Shown: positions 19,608-31,757, counted from the first letter of the stretch. The stretch: DNA of 64,000 bases from an uncultured Clostridium sp. (GCA_947427095.1 CANEGO010000001.1:40164-104163), one strand, 5' to 3'. Notes: a model not told the origin generated them from the sequence alone. Program-made: numbers and translations.

Positions 19608-20838
19608 AATTCACCTTCTCGTATATAGGATTTTTATCACACAATGCCTTAACCCTTAACATTAAATCTCTTTTTATTCTTTCATCTTCTCCATTATGAA
19701 GACAAGTAGAAATTATTTTACCAACTTCAACAAAATCTTTTTCCTTAAATCCACGACTTGTCATTGCAGCACTGCCAAGCCTTATTCCACTTGTTATAAA
19801 GGGAGTTGTAGAATCATAAGGAATCATATTTTTATTACAGGTTATCCCAACTTCTTCAAGCATTTTTTCAGCTTCTTTTCCAGTCATGTTAACCGATTTT
19901 TTAACATCGATTAAAATCAAATGATTATCCGTTCCGTTGGTTATCACTTTAAAACCTTCTAGTTTTAAAACGTCACTTAAAACTTTTGCGTTTTTAATAA
20001 CCTGTTTTTGATAATTAATAAAATCAAGGGACATAGCCTCTGCAAAACAGACAGCCTTAGCTGCAATAACATGCTCTAAAGGTCCTCCTTGAATACCAGG
20101 AAAAACAGTTTTATCAATTTTTTTAGATAACTCCTCATTGTTAGTTAAAATAATTCCTCCCCTAGGTCCCCTTAATGTTTTATGGGTAGTTGAAGTTACA
20201 ACGTCCGCAAACTTGCATGGATTTTGATGAAGACCCGCTGCAACAAGTCCAGCAATATGGGCCATATCAACCATAAGATAAGCTCCACACTCATTAGCTA
20301 TATCTTTAAACTCGGCAAAATCAATTTTTCTTGAGTAAGAAGATGCTCCCGCAACAATAAGTTTTGGTTTTTCCTTTAAAGCTATTTTCCTTACCATATC
20401 ATAATTAATTTGCCCTGTTTCCTTATCAACGTCATAAGATATAAAATTATAGTCCATACCACTAAAAGATAAATCACTACCATGGGTTAAATGCCCACCA
20501 GAATTAAGGTTCATTCCAAGAACTTTATCGCCCCTTTTTAAAAGCGTTCTATATACAGCCATATTCGCTGATGAACCCGAATGAGGTTGTACGTTTGCAT
20601 ACTTTACTCCAAATAACTTCTTTGCGTTATTAATGGCGATTTTTTCTATTTCATCTATGAATTCACAACCACCATAATATCTTTTTTCTGGGTATCCTTC
20701 TGCATATTTATTAGTAAGAACACTTCCTTGTGCCTTAAGTACGTTTTCGCTAACAAAATTTTCCGAAGCAATTAACTCTATTGTATTTTGCTGTCTTTTT
20801 TTCTCTTGGTTTATTATTTTAAATATTTCATCAATCAT
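19591..20838 (-). CDS. glyA: Serine hydroxymethyltransferase
   Basis: [14 protein letters not shown] and [12 protein letters not shown] motifs. Confidence 0.99.
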   Translation of the reverse strand: MIDEIFKIINQEKKRQQNTIELIASENFVSENVLKAQGSVLTNKYAEGYPEKRYYGGCEFIDEIEKIAINNAKKLFGVKYANVQPHSGSSANMAVYRTLLKRGDKVLGMNLNSGGHLTHGSDLSFSGMDYNFISYDVDKETGQINYDMVRKIALKEKPKLIVAGASSYSRKIDFAEFKDIANECGAYLMVDMAHIAGLVAAGLHQNPCKFADVVTSTTHKTLRGPRGGIILTNNEELSKKIDKTVFPGIQGGPLEHVIAAKAVCFAEAMSLDFINYQKQVIKNAKVLSDVLKLEGFKVITNGTDNHLILIDVKKSVNMTGKEAEKMLEEVGITCNKNMIPYDSTTPFITSGIRLGSAAMTSRGFKEKDFVEVGKIISTCLHNGEDERIKRDLMLRVKALCDKNPIYEKVNYERYN

Positions 20839-20849
20839 AACTTAGCCTC

Positions 20850-23800
20850 CTATATCTCTATAAATTTATTTAGTTTTATAGAATATATGAATTTTTTTAT
20901 CTCTTTAGCGCCAAATATTTGTTTTACCCCTATTTCGTATAAATTTAATTGAACTTTATATCTTTCTACCAAATCATTTAATTTATCTACATCATCTGTT
21001 TTATAATCAACTATGTAATACGTATCATCTTTAATAAATAATAAATCAATTATTCCTTCTACTAATATTTGAGAATCATCTAAAGACTCGTCATATAAAG
21101 ATGCTGGTGCCAAAAAAGATAATCTTTTTTCTTTATATATTATATCACTAGTTAACAATAAATCATAAATATCAGAAGTTAGATATGCAAATATATTGTC
21201 AAGTTTTATTAATTTTCTTTCTTTAAGAGAGATACTACCGTTATTAACTAGTCTTAATAACTCCTCTTCTAAAGTATCAATCGTGTATTTTTTTATAGGG
21301 AGCATTTCAAATATTTTGTGATATAGAGTACCAATATTAGTATGATTTAAACCATCTTTCATAAAGTCAGGTTTAACTTTATATATTTTATCATGACTTT
21401 TTATGTCACTAACACTTTTATATAATGGTACACCTATAAAATTACTTTCATAATTGAACGAAGATAACTTATTATATAAAGTTACATCAAACGTTTCCTT
21501 AATTTTCTTTTCTTCTTCTTCAAATTCTTTTTCATTTATTAAAGAAGAATCCACTATTTTTGTATCAATTACAGAATCACTTTCAAATATCTTTGGTAAT
21601 AAAGGGCACATATCTCTTAATTCATCACAAGACTTATTTCTTAATAAACATGGTAATAGTATTTCTAAATAATTATTAACACCACTTAAATATATACCAG
21701 ATATATTTTTTAAATTACCCATTTTAGCTACTACGTTAGATAATTTATTGCTTAAGTTTTTAGTATAACCAGTTATTATTAATTTTTCTTTGGCACGTGT
21801 TAACGCTACATAAAGAATTCTGAGTTCTTCCGATAACATTTTTCGCTTTTCCATATCTTTAAATAATAGTAACGGAAAAGAGCTTTTCTTAGAAAAATTA
21901 TCTATGTTTCTAATCATAAACGCGATTCCTAAATCATCATTAATCATTAAGCCCGAATTTAAATCTTTAAAATTAAATTTACTTCCAGTTTCACTTAATA
22001 TAACTACCGGATACTCTAATCCCTTTGATTTATGAATGGTTGTTATTAATACGTTATCTCCTTCTTTTAATGGATTAATGCCTTCTAGTGACCCTTTATT
22101 TTTAATTATATTTTCAATATAATTAATAAACTCACTTAAACTAGATGAGGTATTACTCTCAAAATTAATTGCATGACTTATCATATGAGTTAAATTTTTA
22201 TGAACTTCCACTCCATTTTTATAAGCGGATAAAACTGGAATCATATTAAATTTATTAAGTACCACACTTATTAGTGAAGATACGCTATTGTTTAATGAAT
22301 AATCTTTTAATGATTTTAAGTCGTTAAATAAACTAATTATTTCTTTATCATCACTTTTTATTAAAGAATCATATAAACTAACGTACTTATTTTCTCTTCT
22401 TAAATTCGCTACTAAATCTAAATCAATGTTTAATAAATCAGAATTAATAACACTTAAAAAAGCTACATCATCATATGGATTATTAATTATTTTTAATAAG
22501 TTAATTAATAATTTAATCTCATAATTATCAAAGTATAAGCTAGATGATAAAGAGTATACACTTATACCTCTTTTATTTAATGCCTTAATGTATAAACTAC
22601 TATGCTTCATACTCCTAAGCAATATTGATATATCACTAGCCTTTATATCTCTCCATAAGTTATTTTTGTTATCATAAACTTGCCTTTTATCTTTAATTAA
22701 TTTCTTTATTTTTTCTGCTACTAAAATAGCTTCTTTTTGATAACTGGTTAGGTCTTCCTCTTCTTCTAAATCATCCAAAGTATCTACATAAACTTCTTCT
22801 GGCCTGCAAGCGTCATCATTTATTATGCATACTTCTGTTTCAAGGTCCTTTCCATCTTCAAAAGATGCACCTAAATATAAGAATTCATCCCCATTATAAT
22901 CTACTTCACCAAAATCATTAGACATTGTGTTTTCAAAAATGAAGTTACAAAAATCTAATACTTCTTTTCTACTTCTAAAATTCTTTGATAAGGTAATTAA
23001 TCTTGGAAAGCCATCTTTACTAGCATTAGCTTTATCTTTGTTAAATATATGAGGGCAAGCACTTCTAAATCTATATATACTTTGCTTTACATCTCCAACA
23101 ATAAACAAATTAGAATTATCTTTTGATATTGAATTAAAGATAATATTTTGTAAATTGTTAGTATCTTGATATTCATCTATTAATATTTCTTCATATCTTT
23201 TAGATATTTCTTTAGCAAGATGTGTTTTATTATCATCTTTAATTAATAATTTCACACAAAAATGTGCTATGTCATTAAACGTATATGAGTTTATTTTTCG
23301 TTTTTCCTTTAAAAGTTCTTTTTCATATAGTAATACTATTTCAAATAAGCTTTCTAACATATCACCGCAAAGTTTTTGCTCTTCGTTATATATATCTTCA
23401 TTAATGTATTTATATTCTTCTAAAGTCTTATTAATAAATGTTTTAAAATCTTCTCGTACAGATTTATATTTTATTATCTCCTCATCACAAGCATGGCCCT
23501 TTGGAGTACTAAATCTATCGAAGCTTATTAATTTTAAATTCTGTGATAACGTATTAAAATCATTGGAATTAATAATTTTATTCATATAATTAATTTCTAT
23601 ATTCGCAAGACTAATACTCTTATTATACAAAAAAGGATCAATTTTTAAGTCTTCTACAATATCTTCATATAATTTTTTAAACGAATTTACTTTACTAAAA
23701 ATATTTTCAAATATTAACCTTTTATAAAAATCATTTTTATAATTATCTAACGCCTTATTTATGAACGTTTGTTTATCAGGTAAAGTATCCAAATAATCGC

Positions 23801-24314
23801 TTATCTTTAAAACGGTGTCCTTAATTAAATCATTATTTGATGCACCAAACATATAAAGAATATCTTTATAGTTTTCTATTTTTTCAAAGCATGTTTCTAA
23901 AACGTTCGATATAACTTTTTCTTTTAATAGCTTTTCTTCTTCGTTTGATAACACTAAAAAGTTTCTATCTATGTTTAACTTTTCAAAATTAGATTTAACT
24001 AAGTTTCCATAAAAGGCATCCATTGTATAAATATCTGCACAATCTACTAAACTAATTTGTTTTTTTAGATGTTCAGATTTTGATTTAGCATACTCTTTTT
24101 TTATATTATCTTTTATTCTCTGTTTCATCTCTTCTGCCGCTGCTTTAGTAAACGTAACTATAAGTAAATCCGTTACATTTCCGCCATTTAAAATGAAATT
24201 AATTACTCTTTGTGATAATACTGCTGTTTTCCCAGAACCTGCTGCTGCCGAGACTATTACTTTACCCCCACGTGTTTCGATAGCTTTTTGTTGTTCCATT
24301 GTCCAATTAGGCAT
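20850..24314 (-). CDS. addA: ATP-dependent helicase/nuclease subunit A
   Basis: AAAGSGKT, DEYQDTN, TIHKSKGLE, YVALTRA and C-terminal GIID...DYKT; start at ATG 24314 after GGAGGTGA. Confidence 0.93.
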   Translation of the reverse strand: MPNWTMEQQKAIETRGGKVIVSAAAGSGKTAVLSQRVINFILNGGNVTDLLIVTFTKAAAEEMKQRIKDNIKKEYAKSKSEHLKKQISLVDCADIYTMDAFYGNLVKSNFEKLNIDRNFLVLSNEEEKLLKEKVISNVLETCFEKIENYKDILYMFGASNNDLIKDTVLKISDYLDTLPDKQTFINKALDNYKNDFYKRLIFENIFSKVNSFKKLYEDIVEDLKIDPFLYNKSISLANIEINYMNKIINSNDFNTLSQNLKLISFDRFSTPKGHACDEEIIKYKSVREDFKTFINKTLEEYKYINEDIYNEEQKLCGDMLESLFEIVLLYEKELLKEKRKINSYTFNDIAHFCVKLLIKDDNKTHLAKEISKRYEEILIDEYQDTNNLQNIIFNSISKDNSNLFIVGDVKQSIYRFRSACPHIFNKDKANASKDGFPRLITLSKNFRSRKEVLDFCNFIFENTMSNDFGEVDYNGDEFLYLGASFEDGKDLETEVCIINDDACRPEEVYVDTLDDLEEEEDLTSYQKEAILVAEKIKKLIKDKRQVYDNKNNLWRDIKASDISILLRSMKHSSLYIKALNKRGISVYSLSSSLYFDNYEIKLLINLLKIINNPYDDVAFLSVINSDLLNIDLDLVANLRRENKYVSLYDSLIKSDDKEIISLFNDLKSLKDYSLNNSVSSLISVVLNKFNMIPVLSAYKNGVEVHKNLTHMISHAINFESNTSSSLSEFINYIENIIKNKGSLEGINPLKEGDNVLITTIHKSKGLEYPVVILSETGSKFNFKDLNSGLMINDDLGIAFMIRNIDNFSKKSSFPLLLFKDMEKRKMLSEELRILYVALTRAKEKLIITGYTKNLSNKLSNVVAKMGNLKNISGIYLSGVNNYLEILLPCLLRNKSCDELRDMCPLLPKIFESDSVIDTKIVDSSLINEKEFEEEEKKIKETFDVTLYNKLSSFNYESNFIGVPLYKSVSDIKSHDKIYKVKPDFMKDGLNHTNIGTLYHKIFEMLPIKKYTIDTLEEELLRLVNNGSISLKERKLIKLDNIFAYLTSDIYDLLLTSDIIYKEKRLSFLAPASLYDESLDDSQILVEGIIDLLFIKDDTYYIVDYKTDDVDKLNDLVERYKVQLNLYEIGVKQIFGAKEIKKFIYSIKLNKFIEI

Positions 24315-27174
24315 TATTATCACCTCCAAGCTTACTTAGTACTTCACTATTTTTTAATTTTTCTATTTTTCTTTTCTTATCAAAGTCTTTATTATATTTA
24401 CAAATGCTTTCAAACTTACAATACTTACAAGAATCTTCACCTATTTTTATAGGATTAACCTTAATATTACCAGATAAAATATTATTTCCTATATCTTTAA
24501 GAGTTTTATTTATGCTATTAAAAATATTATTTAAATCATCAAGTCCAAATAACTTTTCGTAATTTAATTTACCCCTTGATGTCACGTCAATATATTCTCC
24601 AATATCTTCACCGCCCATAAGGTCAATCATGTACTCATCTTTATTAAGAATACCATTCATCTTTAGTTTTTTCTTTATCTCAGAGTTTATTTCTTCATTA
24701 CTATGTTTCCTACTTATTTTAATATCTTTAACTAATGCTGGATAATATAATAAACCCGCCGGTATTATATTTTTATTTGTTATTTTACTATTTTTAATCG
24801 CAAGTAAATAAAGTAACATTTGAAGGTTAAGACCATTTAAAACATCTTGTAGTTTAAATGTTTTACCACCTGTTTTATAATCAACTATACGATAGCAAAA
24901 AGAGTCTTCAGTTTCATAAACATCCACTCTATCTACTACTCCGCTTAATTTTAAAGTCCCATTATCTAGGTTAACAGTATACGGTTTTACTGTTTTTTCT
25001 TCTCCTATTTCAAATTCAAAATACCTGGGTCTAAATGAAGTTACACATTTCTCATCAAGCATATTTCTAATAATTAACGTTATGCTTTTACTTAGTTTAT
25101 CTAAAATAAATCTTGTTTTATTATTATCTATTTTCCCATTTTCTTCTAAATAATTTTTAGAATATTTATAAATATGTTCTTCTATGTTTTCATAATTTAT
25201 TTTATCAAAATCATTTTTTAAAACATTTTCTAAAATATAATGTACGAAAGTACCAACTTCTCTATTATCAAATTCATATTTTTCTTTTACTCTTAATCTT
25301 AAACCATAATTACAAAAATGATAAAAAGGACATTTGGCATATACCTCTATGCTACTTGGGCTTACATTTAATTCGTTTGTATATAATAACGATGCTGTTT
25401 TATCACTTATTTTATAATTTAAATCGTGGTCTTTAGCCTTGTTTATTTTTTCAAATTCTTCTATCTCACACTTGTTAATTAAGTCTTCTGATAATTTTTC
25501 CGCATAACTTATTTTTAATAAATTTAAATCATATAAATCGTATACATACTTTTTTAACTCTATATTTTTTAAATATGATGATAATGTGTTTAAACTTAAT
25601 TCCGTGGATAACTTATGAAATGAAACAATTGCACCATTTGATACTATGTTTTTAAAGTCATATAAAGATTCCACCTCTTTTTTATTTATATAATTTATTA
25701 AACTTTCTTCTTTAATATCTTCTTTGTCTATTAAAGTACTAAATTTAATAGAACCAGGAATATCTTCATTAGAACATCCTAATAAGTAAATATATTTTTT
25801 GTCTATTAAATTATAATTAGATAAATTAGACAACGTTATCTGATCTTTAGTAATTTCTTTTTCTGTAGTTTTATAATTAAAGCTACTTAATATATTTATT
25901 AGTTTAGTAATAGAGGTATTATCGTCTAAAAGATTTGATATAACATCAAATGCGCTATTTAACTTTTTAACCCCTTTAGCGTCGTATTCATATAATTTAT
26001 CTATTATTCTTTCTTCATCTAAGTACGTATATAACTCTTTTAATATATCTTTTTTATTAGTAACACCATTAACGTTTTGTAGTAGGTGCATTATAGGATT
26101 AATAACCATATCCTTAGTATCATTTAATGTTTTTAAATCAACTTCATCATATTTGTTAAAAGTACTTTTATTGCCATTTGGATTATATGTAAATGCTTTA
26201 TAAAAAGGTGAATCTTCTAAGGACCACGAGTATACATAATTTTCTAAATCATCTATTTTTTTAGAATCTATATCAAAGATATTTAGTTTTAATAAAGTTA
26301 AAAAAGATTTGCAAGAAAAATCCCCATTAAATATATTTTTTAATACGTTAATAACCCTTGTGGTTAAAATTCCATAAATACTTTCTTTTGTATAATTAAA
26401 TTTTAACTTAAGGTTGAAATACGGTTCATACTTACTTACGTCTTTTGCAATAATTATAAAATCACTTAATTTAGATCCATTAACCAATTTTTTAGTAATA
26501 TCACTTATCACATAATCGCATTCATCTTCTATATCATTTTTAGATACAAAAGGTACATTACTAATTTCTTTTTCTAAAGTCTTTATATCACATTCATAAT
26601 TATTTAATAGTTTTACTAATGAGTTATTATATTTATCATCAATATAAAAATCACATCTACTATTTTTCAAAATAGTATCAAAAAAACCAAGATAGTTATC
26701 CTCCACCTTATTTATATCTAAAAACACATAATTTTTTTCATACAATTTATTACTTATAACATACTTAATAATTAATCTTTCATTAGTATAATTGTTTTCT
26801 GTTAACAATCTTTCGTACTCTTCATATATAACTTCTAAATCGCTTATTTTATCATTATCTTTTAAATCAAAGTTATAAAAAAAATCATATGTATCTAATA
26901 ATTCACTTATAAAATCGTATGAATCAAAATTATTATATTTTAATAACTTATCATTTACGTTTTCTTTTGCCTTTAACATAAAAATATAAGATTCATAATC
27001 ATTTATTTTCCTACTTTTTCCATTATATAAATCTAGCACATGATTTTTCAAAGTAGTAATATTATAATTTTTTCCAACGTATTTTAATTTATAATATAGC
27101 TCTTTTTCACTTGATACTATAATGATATCATTATCTTTTATTCTTATATTATCTAAATTAAAAATATTTATCAT
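24307..27174 (-). CDS. addB: AddB-like nuclease subunit (eroded N-terminal helicase half)
   Basis: SPSSIE..CP, GVVDRVD...DYKTG, QMLLY and CKYC...IC (Fe-S staple); overlaps addA. Confidence 0.85.
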   Translation of the reverse strand: MINIFNLDNIRIKDNDIIIVSSEKELYYKLKYVGKNYNITTLKNHVLDLYNGKSRKINDYESYIFMLKAKENVNDKLLKYNNFDSYDFISELLDTYDFFYNFDLKDNDKISDLEVIYEEYERLLTENNYTNERLIIKYVISNKLYEKNYVFLDINKVEDNYLGFFDTILKNSRCDFYIDDKYNNSLVKLLNNYECDIKTLEKEISNVPFVSKNDIEDECDYVISDITKKLVNGSKLSDFIIIAKDVSKYEPYFNLKLKFNYTKESIYGILTTRVINVLKNIFNGDFSCKSFLTLLKLNIFDIDSKKIDDLENYVYSWSLEDSPFYKAFTYNPNGNKSTFNKYDEVDLKTLNDTKDMVINPIMHLLQNVNGVTNKKDILKELYTYLDEERIIDKLYEYDAKGVKKLNSAFDVISNLLDDNTSITKLINILSSFNYKTTEKEITKDQITLSNLSNYNLIDKKYIYLLGCSNEDIPGSIKFSTLIDKEDIKEESLINYINKKEVESLYDFKNIVSNGAIVSFHKLSTELSLNTLSSYLKNIELKKYVYDLYDLNLLKISYAEKLSEDLINKCEIEEFEKINKAKDHDLNYKISDKTASLLYTNELNVSPSSIEVYAKCPFYHFCNYGLRLRVKEKYEFDNREVGTFVHYILENVLKNDFDKINYENIEEHIYKYSKNYLEENGKIDNNKTRFILDKLSKSITLIIRNMLDEKCVTSFRPRYFEFEIGEEKTVKPYTVNLDNGTLKLSGVVDRVDVYETEDSFCYRIVDYKTGGKTFKLQDVLNGLNLQMLLYLLAIKNSKITNKNIIPAGLLYYPALVKDIKISRKHSNEEINSEIKKKLKMNGILNKDEYMIDLMGGEDIGEYIDVTSRGKLNYEKLFGLDDLNNIFNSINKTLKDIGNNILSGNIKVNPIKIGEDSCKYCKFESICKYNKDFDKKRKIEKLKNSEVLSKLGGDNNA

Positions 27175-27272
27175 AATATCACCTTCTATATGTTTCATTA
27201 TAACATAAAAAAAAGACTAACTAAATTAGACTTTTTAAATATGAATGTTAAAAAGAAGCTTTGGTTAGCTTC

Positions 27273-27959
27273 TTAATTTAACTTTTGAGTAAATGTTGCC
27301 TTAAATGGTGCTTCATAAACAGCATTTAAAACACCACTATTTGTTGTAAATGACTCTGGTATAGTTAAATAAACATGATAATATAAGCTATTACCAGGTT
27401 TTAATATAAGATCTTGTCCATCTGACGACATAAAACTCTCTAAAGCTTCTTGAGGGGCATTTTCATCTGCTAAATAAATCGTTCCATTTCCAACTTGAAA
27501 AGCATATGCGCTGGCATCTGACGAAGAACTTTCACCACAAGTCCCAGTTTTTGGGTCAGCGTCTTTATCTTCTGTATAACAAAACTTATCTTTAGGGTTT
27601 AATTCTAGTTTAAGTGGTGCTATTGCATCGATTGTTCCAGTATTCGTCATTTTTATAGTATATACCCTACCAGCTCCAGGATATTCAAATTCCATTTTAA
27701 TTGTAACCGTATCATTAGCATCATTTACTGTGCAAGTTTCATTTTTATAACCACGATTAACCATACCAATTGTTGAAAAGTATGAATCAGTACCTTCTAC
27801 TATACCTGTAATACACGTTGGGGTAATATTAAAATCACCTTTAGCAGTTGCGGTTCCATTAATAGTTATATTCTAAGAAAATAGCGCATATCCAACTGAT
27901 AAAACTAGTAGTAGTGCTAAACATCCTATTAATATTTTACTTTTCTTATTATTTATCAT
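27273..27959 (-). pseudogene. TasA/SipW-class-like secreted protein paralog interrupted by an in-frame TAG
   Basis: MINNKKSKILIGCLALLLVLSVGYALFS*NITINGTATAKGDFNITPTC..., in frame with the 163-aa ORF; TAG at 27873-27875; no clear RBS. Confidence 0.85.
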
Positions 27960-28122
27960 TTTTTTTGTAAATAAACATGTAAAGTGATATAAAAATTTAA
28001 AAAGACTTTATTCATGTATAACCATAACTTTATTTTTATATGTTCATCTTTTTTATTTTACAATTAAAACTTCTTGGCAAAAAAAAGACCAAGATGTTTT
28101 TATCTTAGTCTAATATAATCTT

Positions 28123-30753
28123 TTATTTTGATTGGTTTGATTTTATAGCAGCTTGTGCAGCGGCAAGTCTTGCAATAGGTACTCTAAATGGAGAACAAGA
28201 TACATAGTTAAGTCCAACGTTGTGACAGAACTCAACTGATGAAGGATCTCCACCGTGTTCACCACATATTCCTAATTTGATATCAGGACGTACACTTCTT
28301 CCTTTTTCAGCTGCCATCTTAACTAATTGACCAACACCAGTTTGATCTAACTTAGCAAATGGGTCTGATTCGTAAATTTTATTTTCATAGTATGAACCTA
28401 AGAATTTACCAGCATCATCACGTGAGAAACCAAATGTCATTTGGGTTAAATCATTTGTTCCAAATGAGAAGAATTCAGCTTCTTTAGCAATTTCATCAGC
28501 AGTTAATGCAGCACGTGGGATTTCAATCATAGTACCAATTTTGTATTTAATATCAGAATTCTTTTCTTTCTTAACTAATTCAGCAGTTTCAACAACTACG
28601 TCTTTAACAAATTTCAATTCTTTCTTTTCTCCAACTAGTGGGATCATAATTTCAACGGTTATGTCATAACCTTTTTCTTCAGAAACTTCAATAGCAGCTT
28701 CCATTAAAGCCCTAGTTTGCATTCTAGCTATTTCTGGATAAGTAACAGCAAGACGGCATCCTCTGTGTCCCATCATTGGATTAAATTCATGAAGTTCAGC
28801 ACATTTAGCCTTTAAGTGTTCTACACTAACACCCATTTCACTTGCAAGTGCTTTAATATCTTCTTCATCAGTTGGTAAGAATTCATGTAAAGGTGGATCT
28901 AAGTAACGAACCGTCATTGGTAATCCCTTTAGTTCCTCATACATGGCTTTAAAGTCACCTTTTTGGAAAGGAATTAATTCGTTTAAAGCTTCCTCTCTTG
29001 CTTCAACTGTTTCTGATAAAATCATCTTTCTTATTTTAGGAATTCTTTCTTCTTCAAAGAACATGTGTTCTGTACGGCAAAGTCCAATACCTTCAGCTCC
29101 AAGTTCAATAGCTTTCTTAGTGTCTCTTGGGTTATCAGCGTTTGTTCTAACCTTTAGCGTTCTAAATTTATCAGCCCATGCCATAACACGACCGAATTCA
29201 CCAGCTATTGTAGCATCAACGGTTGGAATTTGTCCTTCATATATATTACCAGTTGAACCATCAATTGAGATGTAATCTCCTTCATGATAAGTTTTACCAG
29301 CTAAAGTAAACTTCTTGTTTTCTTCATCCATTTGGATATCACCACAACCAGATACGCAGCAAGTACCCATACCACGAGCTACAACAGCAGCGTGTGAAGT
29401 CATACCTCCACGAACGGTTAAGATACCTTGAGATGCTTTCATACCAGTAATGTCTTCTGGAGAAGTTTCAAGTCTAACAAGTACTACCTTTTCTCCTCTT
29501 TCAGCCCATTCTACTGCATCTTCAGCAGTAAATACTACTTTACCTGTTGCAGCACCTGGAGATGCTCCAAGACCTTTACCAGCTGGAGTTGCAGCCTTTA
29601 GCGCAGTAGCATCAAATTGTGGGTGAAGTAATGTATCTAAGTTACGAGGATCAATCATAGCAACTGCTTCTTCTTCCGTGCGCATTCCTTCATCTACTAA
29701 GTCACAAGCGATTTTTAACGCAGCTTGTGCAGTTCTTTTACCATTTCTTGTTTGAAGCATGTATAACTTACCATGTTCTACGGTAAATTCCATATCTTGC
29801 ATGTCTCTATAATGATTTTCTAGAGTTTTGCAAACTTCAGTAAATTCCTTAAATGCTTCTGGGAATTTTTGTTCCATTTCAGCGATGTGCATTGGAGTTC
29901 TAACACCTGCAACAACATCTTCACCTTGTGCGTTAGTTAAGAATTCACCAAATAAACCTTTTTGACCAGTTGCTGGGTCACGTGTAAATGCAACACCAGT
30001 ACCACAGTCATCTCCCATGTTACCAAATGCCATAGCTTGTACGTTTACGGCAGTACCCCATGAATATGGAATATCATTATCCCTTCTATAAACGTTAGCT
30101 CTTGGATTATCCCATGATCTAAATACGGCTTTAACAGCTCCCATTAATTGCTCTTTAGGATCATTAGGGAAATCTTCACCAATTTTTGATTTATATTCAG
30201 CCTTAAACTGTCTAGCTAACTCTTTTAAATCATCAGCGTCTAGTTCTACGTCTTGTTTAACGCCTTTTTTCTCTTTCATTTCGTCTATTAGTTGTTCAAA
30301 ATACTTTTTACCAACTTCCATAACTACGTCAGAATACATTTGAATAAATCTTCTGTAACAGTCCCAAGCCCATCTTGGATTATTTGATTTTTCAGCAATA
30401 ACGTTTACTACGTCTTCGTTCAAACCAAGGTTTAAAATAGTATCCATCATACCTGGCATAGATGCTCTAGCACCAGATCTTACAGAAACTAAAAGAGGAT
30501 TTTCTTTATCACCAAATTTCTTTCCAGTGATTTCTTCCATCTTTTTAATGTACTCATCTATTTGAGATCTAATTTCATCATTGATTTCTCTTCCATCTTC
30601 ATAATACTGAGTACAAGCTTCCGTTGTAATTGTGAAACCTTGAGGTACTGGAAGACCAATATTAGTCATTTCTGCTAAGTTAGCTCCCTTTCCCCCTAGA
30701 AGGTTTCTCATGTCAGCGTTTCCTTCTTTAAAAAGGTAAACCCATTTTGTCAT
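28123..30753 (-). CDS. ppdK: Pyruvate, phosphate dikinase
   Basis: LLGGKGANL, GGMTSHAAVVAR and GICGEHGG motifs. Confidence 0.99.
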   Translation of the reverse strand: MTKWVYLFKEGNADMRNLLGGKGANLAEMTNIGLPVPQGFTITTEACTQYYEDGREINDEIRSQIDEYIKKMEEITGKKFGDKENPLLVSVRSGARASMPGMMDTILNLGLNEDVVNVIAEKSNNPRWAWDCYRRFIQMYSDVVMEVGKKYFEQLIDEMKEKKGVKQDVELDADDLKELARQFKAEYKSKIGEDFPNDPKEQLMGAVKAVFRSWDNPRANVYRRDNDIPYSWGTAVNVQAMAFGNMGDDCGTGVAFTRDPATGQKGLFGEFLTNAQGEDVVAGVRTPMHIAEMEQKFPEAFKEFTEVCKTLENHYRDMQDMEFTVEHGKLYMLQTRNGKRTAQAALKIACDLVDEGMRTEEEAVAMIDPRNLDTLLHPQFDATALKAATPAGKGLGASPGAATGKVVFTAEDAVEWAERGEKVVLVRLETSPEDITGMKASQGILTVRGGMTSHAAVVARGMGTCCVSGCGDIQMDEENKKFTLAGKTYHEGDYISIDGSTGNIYEGQIPTVDATIAGEFGRVMAWADKFRTLKVRTNADNPRDTKKAIELGAEGIGLCRTEHMFFEEERIPKIRKMILSETVEAREEALNELIPFQKGDFKAMYEELKGLPMTVRYLDPPLHEFLPTDEEDIKALASEMGVSVEHLKAKCAELHEFNPMMGHRGCRLAVTYPEIARMQTRALMEAAIEVSEEKGYDITVEIMIPLVGEKKELKFVKDVVVETAELVKKEKNSDIKYKIGTMIEIPRAALTADEIAKEAEFFSFGTNDLTQMTFGFSRDDAGKFLGSYYENKIYESDPFAKLDQTGVGQLVKMAAEKGRSVRPDIKLGICGEHGGDPSSVEFCHNVGLNYVSCSPFRVPIARLAAAQAAIKSNQSK

Positions 30754-30857
30754 TTATATTCCTCCTTTTGTTGTAAATACAAGCTTATTATAGCACAAAA
30801 AAAATAGTACTTACAATAATAAATACTATGTTTTCCCAAGATTTTACAATGTTTTTT

Positions 30858-31757
30858 CTACTTTTTATTTAACGGATGACATTTTAAATAAACACTTCTT
30901 AATCTTTCGTTTGATACGTGTGTATAAACTTGAGTAGATTCTAGCGATTCATGACCTAAAAGCTCTTGAACGGTTAGTATGTCACAACCTTCATTTAAAA
31001 GGTGGGTTGCAAAAGAGTGCCTTAGCATATGTGGTGATACATGTTTTTTTAAAGAGGCTTTTTTAATAATGTTGTCCAATATTTTTTCAACACCTCTTGT
31101 CGTTATTTTCTTTCCGTGTCCATTTATTATTAAATACTCACAAGTGGTATTAAACTTTTTTAATATTTTTTTTCTTCCATCATTTATGAAATTTTCCATC
31201 GCATCTAAGCAATAATCTCCGAATGGATCTATTCTTTCTTTATTTCCTTTACCGAGTATTCTAATTTCCTTTTTATAAAAATCTATATCATTTATCTTTA
31301 TATTAACTAATTCACTTACCCTTATACCTGTTGCGTATAAAACTTCTAAAATAAGTCTATCCCTTTGGCCAAGAGGTGTATTCAAATCCGGGGTATTAAA
31401 TATTGTTTCAAGTTCCTCTACCCCTAAGTACTTTGGTAGTTTCTTTTCCTTTTTAGGAGTACTGACATATTTAAAAGGATTAGTTTTAATTAAATTATTA
31501 TTAAATAAATATTTATAAAAACTTCTAAGTGATGATAATTTTCTAGCTACTGAGTTTCTAGATAATTTTCTATTATAAAGTTCCATTAAATATCCCTTAA
31601 TAAGATCATACTCAACCTCTAAATAGCTAATACTTTTTTTATCTATATATTCTTTAAATTCTAAAATATCAATCTCATAATTTTTAGAAGTATTAATAGA
31701 ATAATTCTTTTGTTTAATAATATAATTTAAAAAGCTTAATAAACTTTCCTTCAACAT
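30858..31757 (-). CDS. xerC: Tyrosine recombinase XerC/XerD family
   Basis: YATGIRVSEL, GKGNKER, HMLRHSFATH and LGH...TQVY motifs; XerC versus XerD is not certain. Confidence 0.85.
   Translation of the reverse strand: MLKESLLSFLNYIIKQKNYSINTSKNYEIDILEFKEYIDKKSISYLEVEYDLIKGYLMELYNRKLSRNSVARKLSSLRSFYKYLFNNNLIKTNPFKYVSTPKKEKKLPKYLGVEELETIFNTPDLNTPLGQRDRLILEVLYATGIRVSELVNIKINDIDFYKKEIRILGKGNKERIDPFGDYCLDAMENFINDGRKKILKKFNTTCEYLIINGHGKKITTRGVEKILDNIIKKASLKKHVSPHMLRHSFATHLLNEGCDILTVQELLGHESLESTQVYTHVSNERLRSVYLKCHPLNKK

Noticed and set aside
20850-27174. Very AT-rich addAB region as a foreign island
   Set aside because: These are core repair genes in an operon with glyA and folD. The composition more likely reflects low expression and AT drift.
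27873-27875. TAG reassignment or pyrrolysine read-through
   Set aside because: TAG terminates several conserved genes in the window and no other in-frame TAG was seen.
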